Below are positions 39,736-52,039 of a DNA stretch of 64,000 nucleotides, piece after piece. The position numbers and the translations under genes are program-made. How positions within the stretch are numbered: the first letter of the stretch is position 1; each line of letters opens with the position of its first letter. The DNA comes from the human T2T-CHM13v2.0 reference genome, Homo sapiens. A model generated the notes under the pieces. That model was not told the origin of the DNA, ran no database searches, and saw only the letters and a program-made list of their open reading frames with translations. The stretch lies in NCBI RefSeq assembly GCF_009914755.1, contig NC_060945.1, one strand, 5' to 3'.

Positions 39736-42700
39736 GATAAAGTTTTTTATAATATAGGTTGTTATAAAGAAAACAAAGAAGAATTATAGAAATATCTTTC
39801 TTATTTTGACTTCATAAAAGACAGCTTACTATATGTAACTCACTAGAGTTGTTAGACATCCCTAACAAGAAAGCTTGAGTAAGTCACTTAGTTATTTTAG
39901 AGTAGGTATGATTATTTAAATAATTTAAAGTTTCCTGTTGTTTTAAAGAAAAGATTTGTATCGTATTTTTTTAGAAAATGACTTTTCATGTAAGAAGGTC
40001 AATAATATGGCACACTTAAGGTAATATTCTCTATCATTTATTTTTTCATTTGACTTCTATGCTATTTAAAAATACAAAAAATAATAGTTTTGTATATGAG
40101 CATTTAGAAATGCTTTGGGATGATTCAAAATTTCCAAATCTTTCTACAAGTCAGGACTTTCAAAAGATATGAAGTAAGTACAGAAGTTTACATCATTCAT
40201 GCATCTGACATTGAATCAGATACTAATCAGAACCCTGGCTGAGCTGTCCTATAGCTAAGGGTTCAGCTGTTATGCATTAAATCAATTCTAAACGCACTTT
40301 TTCCAACTTCTTCCCATCCAAATCTATTTAATTTGTCGTGTGTCCTTCATTATATAAGAGAGATTTTCTGAACAAATTCTCTGGCTTGAGAGAATCTGTT
40401 CAACATATTTACACTAACGTGTTAGTGATTGGAAAAAAAAGCCAATGAGATTCAACCAATTAAATGAAAGAATTGAAACCTCAGCTACTGACTCAAATTA
40501 TTTTTGAATCGAGGGAATTTGCAGGATGAGCTTCCTGATGTCCTAGAATTGCTATAAGTTAATTACCCACCTGTAAATAAGAATATCTTCTTCAGGTATA
40601 TAATAATGAAAGTAAAAAAAATAGAATTTTTCTTTGGTGCATATTTCCCTCTTACTGTTCCCTGGGAAAAGTTACTATATTCCAGGACCAGATTGTTTTA
40701 CTTTGCTGTCTTTTCTAGCTCTAGAGTGATTTCAAATATTGGGTGTTCCTTCAAAGGAACAGAAATAGTACCAATTCACAATGCCATGCATTTGAGATAT
40801 AAATTAATCAGCAGGAATTCATCACATTGTAATCTAGAAGGATAGGGCAAATCGTAGCTCATAATTATCTAGAATTCCAGAAGAAATAGGACAGAAATAG
40901 GAAGCAAGAAGACAAAAAGCAGTCTTGGTTCTCGTATCACTAAAGAGTTTCAATGGCACGTGATCTCAAATGAAACCTGGTGGCCATTGCTCATGTGTTG
41001 TGTTCCACAGTAACTAGAGGGGTGCACATTTGGTCTGGAGCAATCTTCATAGAAGAGGGGACTAAAGCCCTAGAAAGCACGAGTTCAACTGGCTGCAGCC
41101 TGCAAATCAAAAGCATTCATTGAGAAAACATTAAGAACCCATGTACACAAACAATAGGGCTTAGGTATGGTTGCCACTCTAATAACAACTAAAAGAAGTT
41201 GTATGCTTCTCCTAGATGATACAAATTTTTTAAGTAATATATTTTCTCATTTCTTCTTTTGCTGCCAGAGTGCTTGGAGCTAAATCTGTAGGCATAATTT
41301 TAGCAACCATTTAAAAAATTATGACATATATATTTTTATACAATTTTTTCCTGATGTGTTGTTTGTATTTCTATTTTTTAACATCCTGAATTATGTTTTT
41401 CCCCTATTTACTGCTTGCATTCTAATAAACTGCTTCCATTGTTTTTGTAGAACTAAAACAAATATACTCAATCATATAACAGTCAACAAAGAAATAAATA
41501 CACAATAACAAAAGGTTTGCTACTCATCCCTTGCTTTTCTGCTTATTTACAATGATTCAGAGAATGGTTAGACTAAGGAAACGTGACCAAAATTAGCAAT
41601 ATTTATTTAACAATAAAAGCCAATCCTCTACACTCCATTAGCTCATCGTAACTATAGAGAGGATTATCTCAAAGTAGACAAGTCTAATGTGCAATTTAGA
41701 CTGTACATAACTAAAGGCACAGGATAGAACTGGCTTTTATTTTCTTCCTGGCGCATTCTCTAGTCAGCCTTCAATCATGAATACTTGTAGAGAGAAAACT
41801 TTACACAAGCCGGAGGCAATTGCTGAAGGTGGAGACTCAACCTTTGACTTCTGCCATACAGAAGTGACCAGCCTGAGAATATAGAGATTTCTTACCAATA
41901 GAATACAATGTAACAATTTTTAAATATTAATAAAATGCTGGAATTTCATTTCTTTCTCCCAAATGTTCCTGCTTTGCCTTCACGGAACTTCTTGATTTCC
42001 TGTCTCCCCTTTTCCCTCTCATCTTACTCCAAGACTTTTGTAAATAAACAGCATAATGGAGAAGACACTTTCTCATAAGGATATTTTTTAGTTGACTATG
42101 GTTGCATAACAGCCAACAGACCAAAATATTTCATCATCAAGAATGTCCAAGTGGCTGCCCAGAACCAGGAGAACTGATATGGAGTCGCATGAGATAATGT
42201 TGGCTGACTAAGGATGAGAATTTGAAAACTCCCTGTACCCTCGGGCTAGCTTAGAAACAGCGATGCTCTGCCAAGAGCTGGCTTTAGAGCTGGGCATATC
42301 TACATTGGAATTTCAACTCTGCCACTTCCTCTTCATGGAAACTTAAACATACCCTTTAATCTCTTGGGGTCTCAATTTCCTCATCTTTAAAATTAGCATA
42401 ATCCCTTTTGGGGTATTATAAATTAAATACTTCCTTATAAGAAACTTCAAATATCTGAGAAATATGATTTCAAAATGATATACTTGGGATTATGTTCTGA
42501 CTCACTGGAAAAATACCTTCTGTGTACAAGCACTATACCTGCTGCCTGGGATAAGAAATAAAATTCATGCTCTCTGTCCTCAGGTAGCAAAAGCTAACGT
42601 AGAAATTTGACTTATATATAACTACAGAACTGCTCATCAAATGTTTGAAGCAATTTTAGAAGTCAGGGATAGCGTTTGATGGTATTATGATCATTTTGCA

Positions 42701-43948
42701 GTCAGGAGGCTAGGAAAGCTTAAATCCTATGTCACTGTCAAGAATCTCTCCCAAGTGGTTACTAAGTAAGGCAACGAATGAACAAAACAGAACAGGAATA
42801 AAGGTCATTTTGTTGGTTGCAAGATTCTGCAACTAATTCTGCTGGTGAAAAAGTAAATTGAAGCCTCTGACTTAGGCTTTAAGTCAGAAAGGGACCTCCT
42901 AAACACCTCTCTCATGTTAAGACGTCACATTTTAGATATTGAGAGCAGAAGGCTCAGGTATACCTGCGTGAGAGAAAAACATATAGCTGGAGGGGTTTTT
43001 TTTTTACCCATTCAGACACAGCATGAAAGACAGAGAAAGGCCACCAAAATTTAAGAGGACTTCCTAACATTGCTTACCAATTCTACAACACAATACAAAA
43101 AAAAAAAAAATGACAATGAGAAGTTCCAGACCTAGACTCCTCACTTTGAAGATATAACCAGTGATTGTGCATGCAATGGCAATGTCCTCTAGTAATTGTG
43201 TGCAATCAATATCTATGAATTTGAATAAGCAGGTTAATCTTTTTTCCTTGGGTTGGGAATGGAGCTAGCAAGAGGAAGTTGCTAAGAATTAGGTGAGCAT
43301 AGGTAGAATATGCATAGGGAAAAATGGCAAATGGTCTTTCCTCCAATAGGACACAATGTTGGTGTAATTAATTATCTCCCCAAATTATACCTTGGAATTT
43401 AAAATTCTTAGCAGGAAGATATCTACAGAACTCAAAACATTTTGTGTGAACTCCAGTACATGATGGGATTTGTCCTTAAAAGGAATAACTACTAAAACTA
43501 GACTAAACATTTACTGTAGTTCAGTGCAGACTTTAGTCTAGGAATAGTTCTAAATGGTACCCGGAGTAGCGGGGGAACTGATGAAATTAATCTATACTAT
43601 CACAAAAATTAAAGTCCTCTTGATATAAATGAAAAATATGTTTGTAAAAAATTGCAAGACACACTAAGTTTTAGTGTTAGAGATTGTGAAAAAAGATACC
43701 AGAAAAGATCCCATCAAACATTATGCTGAAATAAGGATATAACGTGTATGAGTGGCATTATACTATCAGAATAGGAAATGGTATCAGATTCACAGATTTT
43801 GGGAGCCAAGATGGTGAGAATAAATGTATTCCAACTGCAGAGGAATATCAATAAAGTAAGTAAATAAGATTTTTGTGTGTGTGGAAAGAGGGTCAGACAC
43901 CTGAAAAGAGGCCATAAAATATGAATAAACTTCAAACAAATGACTCAC

Positions 43949-44118
43949 CTCTACAGCAGGTTGAGCCAACTTTCCTCATCAAGGAGACCTCAAAGTTGCT
44001 TCAGAGCATCCATGCAAGTTGCCTTGTAAGGTCTTGTTGATGTGCTCCCCCTTCCGCCATCAGATCCTCTTGGCCCTGCCTGATCCCTGGGGCCTCCATG
44101 GCTTGTTCTGTTTTCCAT
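43949..44118 (-). ncRNA. Candidate 170-nt exon
   Basis: Minus-strand acceptor gtcattactgggttccctgcAG and strong donor GAG|GTGAGTCA, 406 nt downstream of the MLT2A1 LTR donor. Confidence 0.5.
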
Positions 44119-44524
44119 CTGCAGGGAACCCAGTAATGACAAGTGCTTGTCTTATAGTTATAAATGCCTTGGCTCCACTTCTATCAATTTATCTACTAAA
44201 CACCACCAGCTGTGTCCCTCTTGACCTGAGATGAGAACTGTCTTTAAGCCAGGCCTTGATTGTGCCTCTCTTGTGGAGCTGGACATTCTGGTCCAGGAGA
44301 TGCTTTATGCACTGAACCAATGGCCAATATATGATGGTGTGTACCCATATGCTAGACTACTTGACTCCAATATCCAAAGGGCAGATGTAGGATTGGCCCC
44401 ACTCATCTTTTCCATTGACCTGTGTATTAGTCAGTGTTCTCTAGAGGGACAGAACTAATAGAATAAATAAACATATATAATATAACATTATATATATATG
44501 GGACTTTATTAAATATTAACTTAC

Positions 44525-44850
44525 ATGTTCACAAGGTCCCACAATAGACTGTCTGTAAGCTGAAGAGCAAGGAGAGCCAGTCTGAGTCCCAAAACTGAAG
44601 AACTTGGAGTCGAGTGTTCAAGGTCAGGAAGCATCCAGCACAGGAGAAAGATGTGGGATGGGAGGCTAGGCCAGTCTCTCCTTTTCACATTGTTCTGCCT
44701 GCTTTATATTTGCTGTCAGCTGATTAAATTGCCCACCAGATTAAGGGTGGATCTGCCTTCCCCAGCCCACTGACTCAAATGTTATTCTCTTTTGGCAACA
44801 CCCTCACAGACACACCCAACATCAATAATTTGTATCCTTCAATCCAATCA
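44525..44850 (-). promoter_or_regulatory. MLT2A1 LTR promoter module: DUX4-like motifs (44839-44850, 44721-44731), TATA AATATAAAG (44702-44710), splice donor CAT|GTAAGT (GT at 44524-44523)
   Basis: Motifs read directly from sequence; MLT2A1 LTRs are established DUX4-responsive cleavage-stage promoters; activity of this copy is not shown. Confidence 0.55.
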
Positions 44851-45184
44851 AGTTTACATTCAGTATTAACCATCGCAACTTCACCTCTTCTCAACTTGAA
44901 CCCATACACATCTCCTGAGATCATAATCTCCAAATAAAGATAATAATAAGGTCGTAATTCTGCCTGATATAATACAACTATCCTTCATACAACTGGAAAT
45001 GCACCAATCCCCAACCCAAATACTAATACAAAAAGTTAACAATATTTAAATGCTGATATGAAGTCAATAAACCTTATGTCACATGATAAAATAAAATAAA
45101 ATAAAAATATTTTCTTAGTACAAGTGTATACATAGACAAACATGTTTTTAACAAAAGAAGAATGAAATTCTCATGAAAATTACA

Positions 45185-46979
45185 GTCCTTGTTTCCACAG
45201 CTGGTAACATGGTTGGAGCTCGTATTGATGACTACCTTCTTCTACTATCCATTCTGTATTCCCTTTGCCGTCAGAAAGCACTTCAGCAGGTCATGGTTTT
45301 TTTCCTGGAGGAGTGACCCAAACCTTCACTCCTGAGGGGTCTGGGCCATTTGTAGTCCTGCCTGGAATGGACTGTTGTAGTTTCCCACTGACTTTAATCA
45401 CAGGGCATGGTAATACTAAGAGACACCCTAATGGATCTCTTGCATTCTATGCAAACTCTTCCTGACTTCCATTATGCAGTAGTAGACTGATTTATCTTAA
45501 TAGTCCGGGTCAATCAACCCAGCCAACGCTGTAACTCCCTTCTTAGCCTGTTGACTCAAAGGTAGCAAGAGCCCAAAGTGTCCAGGTGGCAATCTTAACT
45601 TCCAAATTAATGGAATTGTTGTTGTGTCTCCTGGTGGCAGCGTTCCTCCCTCCGGAACTAAGACCTCTAGGCCAGCAGAACGTAATGTCACAGGAACAGG
45701 AAGCAAAAATTTTGCTAGTGAATCACTAGGGGTGATGGTGAGTGGTGCCGCTTCCACGTCCCCCCCCGATTGCTGGACCCATGAAACCTGGATATAGGAG
45801 AAACACCACCATATATTGGACACTGATTCAGAGCAAACTCAGTCTTCAGGAGAACTTTGCCCAGCCCTGCAAAGTATTGTCACTAGTTGGAATTGTAATT
45901 GTGATTTCAAAAGGCCATTCCACCATTCTCTCAATGCTGCTTCAGGATGATGGGGAACAAGGTAAGACCAGTGAATTCCATGAGCATGGGCCCACTGCCA
46001 TACTTCTTTAGCCATAAAGTGAGTGTCTTAGTCAGAGGCAATGCTGTGTGGAATACCATGATGGTGGATAAGGCATTCCATGAGTCCACAGATGGTAGCC
46101 TTGGCAGAAGCATTGCATACAGGATAGGCAAAGCCATATCCAGAGTAAGTGTCTATTCTAGTGAGGACAAACCTCTGCCCTTTCCATGATGGAAGAGGTC
46201 CAACATAATCAACCTGTCACCAAGTAGCTGGCTGATCACCCCAAGGAATGGTGTCATATCGAGGGCTCAGTGTTGGTCTCTGCTGCTGGCAAATTGGGCA
46301 CTCAGCAGTGACCACAGCCAGGTCAGCCTTGGTGAGTGGAAGTCCATGTTGCTGAGCCCATGCATAACAACCATCCTTGCCACCATGGCCACTTTGTTTA
46401 TGGGCCCATTGGGCAATGACAGGGGTGGCTGGGGAAAGAGGCTGGGTGGTGTCCACAGAACAGGTCATCCTATCCAATTGATTATTAAAATCCTCCTCTA
46501 CTGAGGTCACCCGTTGGTGAGCACTCACATGGGATACAAATATCTTCATGGTTTTTGACCACTCAGAGAGGTCCATCCTCATTCCTCTTCCCCAAATTTC
46601 TTTGTCACCAATTTTCCAATCATGCTTCTTCCAAGTCCCTGACTATCCAGCCAAACCATTGGCTACAACCAATTAATCAGTATATAATCACACATCTGGT
46701 CATTTCTCCTTCCATGCAAAGTGCACACCCAGGTGCACTGCTCGAAGTTCTGCCCACCGGGAAAATTTTCCTTCACTGTTGTCCTTTAGGGATGTCCTAG
46801 AAAGGGGCTGTAGTGCTGCAGCTGTCCACTTTCAGGTGGTGCCTGCATGTCATGCAGAACCATCTGTGAACCTGGCCATAGTCTTCTCTTCCTCTGTCAA
46901 ATGATCATAGGGAACTCCTTCTGAGGCCATTGTTGCAGGCTGGGGAAGAGAAGGCAGGGTGGCAGGAGTGGAGACCATG
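45185..46979 (-). pseudogene. HERV-L pol relic: RNase H, integrase (HHCC zinc finger and core) and dUTPase, with stops and frameshifts
   Basis: ORF 46217-46582 (AHKQSGH...ECPICQQQ) and ORF 45497-45823 (PPGDTTTIPLIWKLRLPPGHFGLL...AGLIDPDY); in-frame TGA at 46217-46219 and TAA in SD*DTH. Confidence 0.9.
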
Positions 46980-49087
46980 CAAGGGGAGCCAGTACAAGTT
47001 CCAAAACTGAAGAGCTTGGAGTCCAATGTTCAAGGGCAAGAAGCATCGAGTACAGGAGAAAGCCGTAGGCTGGGAGGCTAGGCCAGTCTCCCCTTTTCAC
47101 GTTTTTCTGCCTGCTTTACCATTGGCAGCTGATTAGATTGTGCCCACTAGATTAAGGGTGGATCTGCCTTCCCCAGCCCACTGACTCAAATGCTAATCTC
47201 TTTTGGCAACACCTTCACAGACACACTCAGGATCAATACTTTGTATCTTTCAATACAATCAAGTTGACCCTCAGTATTAACCATCACAACCTGTTTGCAA
47301 GTTCTGTATTTTTCCATTTCTGCAAATTTAGGCTCTGCTTGACCACAGGCCCCAATTCCCAGTGTTTAAGCAGAGAAATGCTAGGTGACACAGAGAGGTC
47401 TATTGAGTTACCTGTTCATAACAACTGTACCTTCTCTCGTGAGATTATTATGAGGATTGAGTGCAATAATACCTGTAAAGGCCAAAGAAAAGGACTTAAC
47501 CCAGAGCAACTATTCAGTGGGTGCTAGCTGCTATTCTTAGAATACTGAAAATGTTGACTTCATGCTTAAATGACATCAATTTGGCTCATGTGATGTTCTT
47601 AGCTCATTCAGAACGTTGTAAACAATTACCCATTTTCTTTTGGTTCTGCATATAGCTAGAATTTTTTTTTATTTCATTCTTGAAGTCGGTCTTGCTTTTT
47701 TGCCTGGGTTCCTGAAGATTTTTTTTTTAATCCTGGAATGTTGATAACTTGCCAAGATATGTCCAATACAAGTCAGGTTTTATGCATACTTTCTGGAAGA
47801 TAGTGTTTCTCTTTGACCTAAAAAAAAATTAGTCCTTCCTTCATGTAAGGGAAACTTTCATCTGTTATATCTTTCAGTCCTAATTTTCTATTTTTTCTTG
47901 GGTATTATATCTCAGGGACAGCGATTACCATTAACTAGGATTTTCTTTTTCAAAAATATACTTACTACCTTTATTTCCTTTAAACTCTGTTTTTTCTTTA
48001 CCTTTGAGCATTGTAAGTTTTTTATATTTCCCCTATTTTTGTAACTTAATATTTTCTCTTGACTTCATTCCCCCCCCACACACACACACAATGCAAATTT
48101 AAATGGCTTTTTCTTATAGTTAATATGTGCAACTTTGATAGCATCACAGCTTTAAATTTTTACTTTAGAGCTGCTTCTTTTTCTATCTTTTCTTTTACCA
48201 AACTACCAATTGCTATATCACCTCCTCTACTCAAAACACACTAACACACACAAACAATTGATTATTGCTGAAAACTAGACTATATTCTATTTGTTAGGAC
48301 TTAGCTTAATGTCAGTTAGAACAAATATTTAAATGAGACAATAGAAAACAGTTCGTTAATTTTATAATTAATTTTAAAAGAGATACATTATTTGATTAAT
48401 GCATACATGAATAACTAACTTTATTTAATAATTTGTCTGGAGTAACTCAACATAAGTGCTCCAATGTACCCCAAATTTGCTATTTTGTTTTGCTTCGTAA
48501 ATCAGAATAAAAGCTGTCAATAGTAAAGGTAAGTCACACAAAAATATTAATTGATCCAACACTTATAAAGTCAACACTTCATGTATTTCTAATGAATCAC
48601 ATTAGTTTTAAAATCTATTTAAAAATATATTTAAATTTGTATTGTTGGTACCACATAAAGTAACAAATAAAATTCAAATTTTGCTGTCCTTCCAAATCTA
48701 AATAATAGTATATATAATGTAAAGGCAAATACTTGAGTTACCATTAAATAATTGTTAATACATAAATTTCTCCTTCTATCTATTAATCCCAGAAACATAG
48801 AACATTTAAATTACAGAAGAATGTAAAAGAAACAACAGAGGTCATTTTGGATGTACTTTCTTCTCCATTTATCAGGAAATGAATTATTATAAGTATTATA
48901 AACAAGCAACTCTGATTACCAAGTAAATATGATCATGTATGAAGTCACACTTTATCTTATCTATGGAAAATTTCTCTCACTCAGTAAGTAGTAGGAAGGG
49001 ATACATATTTCACTAATCAAATTTGAAGAAAGATTCTGAAACCTGATGATTGTTATTTTTATTAGGATCTATCTAAATTCAGACATT

Positions 49088-49590
49088 CGTGGCCAACACT
49101 ACTAGTGTCCTGACAGATGTCTATTCTTCTTTCTTTTAATCAGAGAATTCTACTTTTCTGGGAGTTAGAAATACGCCCAGTTTAAAATACTTAGCTTTGC
49201 AAAATTCAATGCCACTGGAGTAATCATATACCGTGCTTCTTGCCAACAGGATTTAAGAAGTCTTTGAGCGTGACTTCCCTTCAAGTTGGTGAGAAAGTTT
49301 GCCTCAGTTGACAGTTACACACTTAGCCTTTAAGCTTTTGTCCTTCTCTCTCCCCTTGGAACACAGACATGACGGGCTGAAGCAGAGAAGCCTGAGGTTG
49401 AAGGCCATGTGCTAAGGATGGCCGATTGAGAAACTGAATAAAACAGGGGTATTTCACATCTATCATTTGCCGTGTTAGCCTTGAACACTCCACTTCCAGG
49501 CTTTTGTTATATCTAAAATAAACCACTTTCCAGTTCAGCCTCTGCTTACCAAGTTTCCATTACCACACATTCAATGCAGTCATGACAGAA
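49088..49590 (+). mobile_element. MLT1J-like LTR
   Basis: ttcttctttctttttaatcagagaattctac...gcccagtttaaaatac...tcttgccaacaggatttaag...cacttccaggcttttgttat...aaataaacc. Confidence 0.6.
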
Positions 49591-51744
49591 AAATTTTATA
49601 CTGGTTTGTTTAATTTTTTTTCATTTATGATTTATCAGTAGCATTCATATGAACTTTGAAACAAAATCTTATTATTCTTTTCTCTAATTCCATCTTTCAA
49701 CATTTAAATTTTGCAGATATGGCATTGTAATAATCCCAATGAAATTAATTCAAGCTGAAACAAATTAAGTTATTTTAAAACTTCAATTTGAAAAAAGATT
49801 GTACGCTATTAAATATGAAATGATGACTATAAATTATACAAAGAACTTTTGCTTTTCTAATTCTATGTATAAACACTGGCATAAGTACCTAACGATGTTT
49901 CCTTTTGGGAAGTATCAGGGGTGGAAAGGGATGGCATAAAACTTATTCATTCACCCAGTGATCCCTGAATGATGACTACAACAATGAAAGAGGCTGAGTG
50001 ATGAGCAAAAATTTCAGGGAAGCACCGCAGAGATAGGAAGAGTATTATTTTTTAATCTTAAAACTCTCTCTTTATATGGGCTGATCTTTGTGACTTAAAT
50101 ATTAAAACTATGACTTGTTCTGGGCTAAAAGACAGCTTGAAAAATGCTAGCAACTCAGCAGTAATAATGACTTGAATGTCCATATTACAGAGCAGAAACT
50201 GAAAATACTTCCCTACCCTGTTCAATCTCACCCATGAAATTTCCCTCAATATTTTCAACAATTAATAATAAGGATCAATATATGTAAACCTGTGCTTGCC
50301 CTTAATGGGGAAGACACTCTTCCTATTGTCAGATGATAGCAAAAGCCCATGCCAAACAGTGTAAGGACTTGTAGGATCACAGATCCTCCAGATTAACAAG
50401 AACTGTTGAGCTCAGGGGCAACCCATGCAAAGAGAGGGCCTGATGCTTCCCCAGGCTAACAGAGACAAATGTCAGGGTGTCGGCAGAGTGAATTGCTCCT
50501 TTGCAACATAATGAATATAGGCTTTGTTACATAAAAATCAAATCATGCAAATGCAGTGCTTTCATCAAAACGGAGAAGGAAGAAATTAACTTAAAAACCT
50601 GTTACATATTGTCTTGCCTTATTCCATATAATCAGCATTCATTTCTTATTCTGAATTTCAGTAAAGTAAATTTGGTTATTTTGTGGAGCATGTTCATTCA
50701 TATCCAAAAAAAAACCTTCTGTTGTTTTCTTCAAGTTTTATAAACAGACCCTTTTCAGATATCAGACTATTTGATATCTTGACTCTTAAACTCTTGACTA
50801 ACTTAAAGTTAAGATTCTGACATCCTCAGTGGGATAAAAACTGTAAGTGGAGGTACTTGTAGTGATTTCTATCAACTAATCTTATTTGTCTAATTGTGCC
50901 ACTTTTTACTAAGCTCTTTCAATCCAAGTACTTTATTCTCATGACCTGAATAAGAGCTCTGTGAAATAAATACTATCAATATTTTATTTTACAATGAAGA
51001 CCCTGAGGCACAGAACCCCAATAACATAACGCACATAGCACTTTCCATTTCAGGAATTAGAGGAAGACCTAATGTCTATATTGCCAGAAGTTTTTATCAA
51101 ATTGAGATGGGAGGAGAATTTCGACACCACTTTTGATAAGACAACCACACTTTCTGAATCATTGAACTATAACCAGATTTCCTGCTTGCCTTAGCCAGTA
51201 TCAAGGATTTACCCATGAAAGCAGTTTTAGAAGCCATATCTTTTGAACGTTCACAGATTTATCGCCGTCTGTTTCACCTGAGTAGCACCTCTGAATGACT
51301 TTATAAATGACATTGATAGATGACATGCCATAGGGCGGATGGATTGTCAAGTACCTTTATTGCAAGAGCATTCTACTCAACTTTCTAAGGCAGTGACACA
51401 TATTAATATATCTGGAAATGTGCCAGACAAAGATTGAATGAAAAGGGAATTTCTATTTCTCTCTTGGTTAACCATTAAGTTCAATTAATGAAAATACCAT
51501 ACCTCATGCATTCCAGTTAATCAAATTGTACCTGTATTCAAGCATTTAATAGCAATTATAGCAGTCAACACCTAAAACATTTAGGTGAACAAGAATCTCA
51601 AACCTACAGAAAACTTGCAAGTATGGTAGAAATCACTTTTTTCTGAATTATTTAAAAATAGTTGCCAACCTGATGTTTCATTACACTCAGATATTTGTGA
51701 AAATTTGTGTGTGTGTTCTACAGAAAAAGGGATTTTACAAACAA

Positions 51745-52030
51745 ATAAAAAAGAAATAAAGGAAGAGAGGAAATGAGAGAAAGAAGAAAGGAAAGAAAGA
51801 ACAAGAAAGAAGGAAGGAAGGAAGGAAAGAAAGAAAAAGAAAGAAAGAGAAAAAAGGAAGGAAGGAGAAAGAAAGAAGAAAGAAAGAAAGAGAAAGAAAG
51901 AAAGAAAGAAAGAAAGAGAAAGAAAGAAAGAAAGAAAGAAAGAAAAAAGAAAGGAAGGGGGAAGGAAGGAAGAGGAAAGGAAAGGAAGAAAGAAAAGGGA
52001 AAGGGAGGAAGGGAGAAAGAGGGAGGGAGA
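51745..52030. repeat. GA-rich simple repeat (GAAA/GGAA)
   Basis: Almost pure purine tract of about 280 bp. Confidence 0.95.
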
Positions 52031-52039
52031 ATACATACT

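Larger units (their letters stand above)
44423..47288 (-). mobile_element. Internally deleted HERV-L provirus with MLT2A1 LTRs: 3' LTR 44423-44877, internal 44878-46979, truncated 5' LTR 46980-47288
   Basis: MLT2A1-type LTR sequence with TG...CA ends, perfect TSD ACCTG (44418-44422, 47289-47293), purine tract before the 3' LTR, RNase H/integrase/dUTPase relics. Confidence 0.93.
44270..47350 (+). pseudogene. Ancient ERV-L pol (integrase C-terminus/dUTPase junction) relic, split by HERV-L: pieces at about 44270-44422 and 47289-47350
   Basis: ORF 44231 peptide VQEMLYALNQWPIYDGVYPYARL...VGLAPL matches the ERV-L motif LQKAVYALNQRPIYG...APL; continues as SANLGSA after the insertion. Confidence 0.65.

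Noticed and set aside
43498-43541. 10-bp inverted repeat ctagactaaa...tttagtctag as a possible pre-miRNA
   Set aside because: Stem too short and inner pairing poor
45497-46582. Possible domesticated dUTPase or integrase gene
   Set aside because: Stops and frameshifts separate the pieces, the dUTPase frame ends right after DPDY, and there is no proper start; an ordinary HERV-L relic
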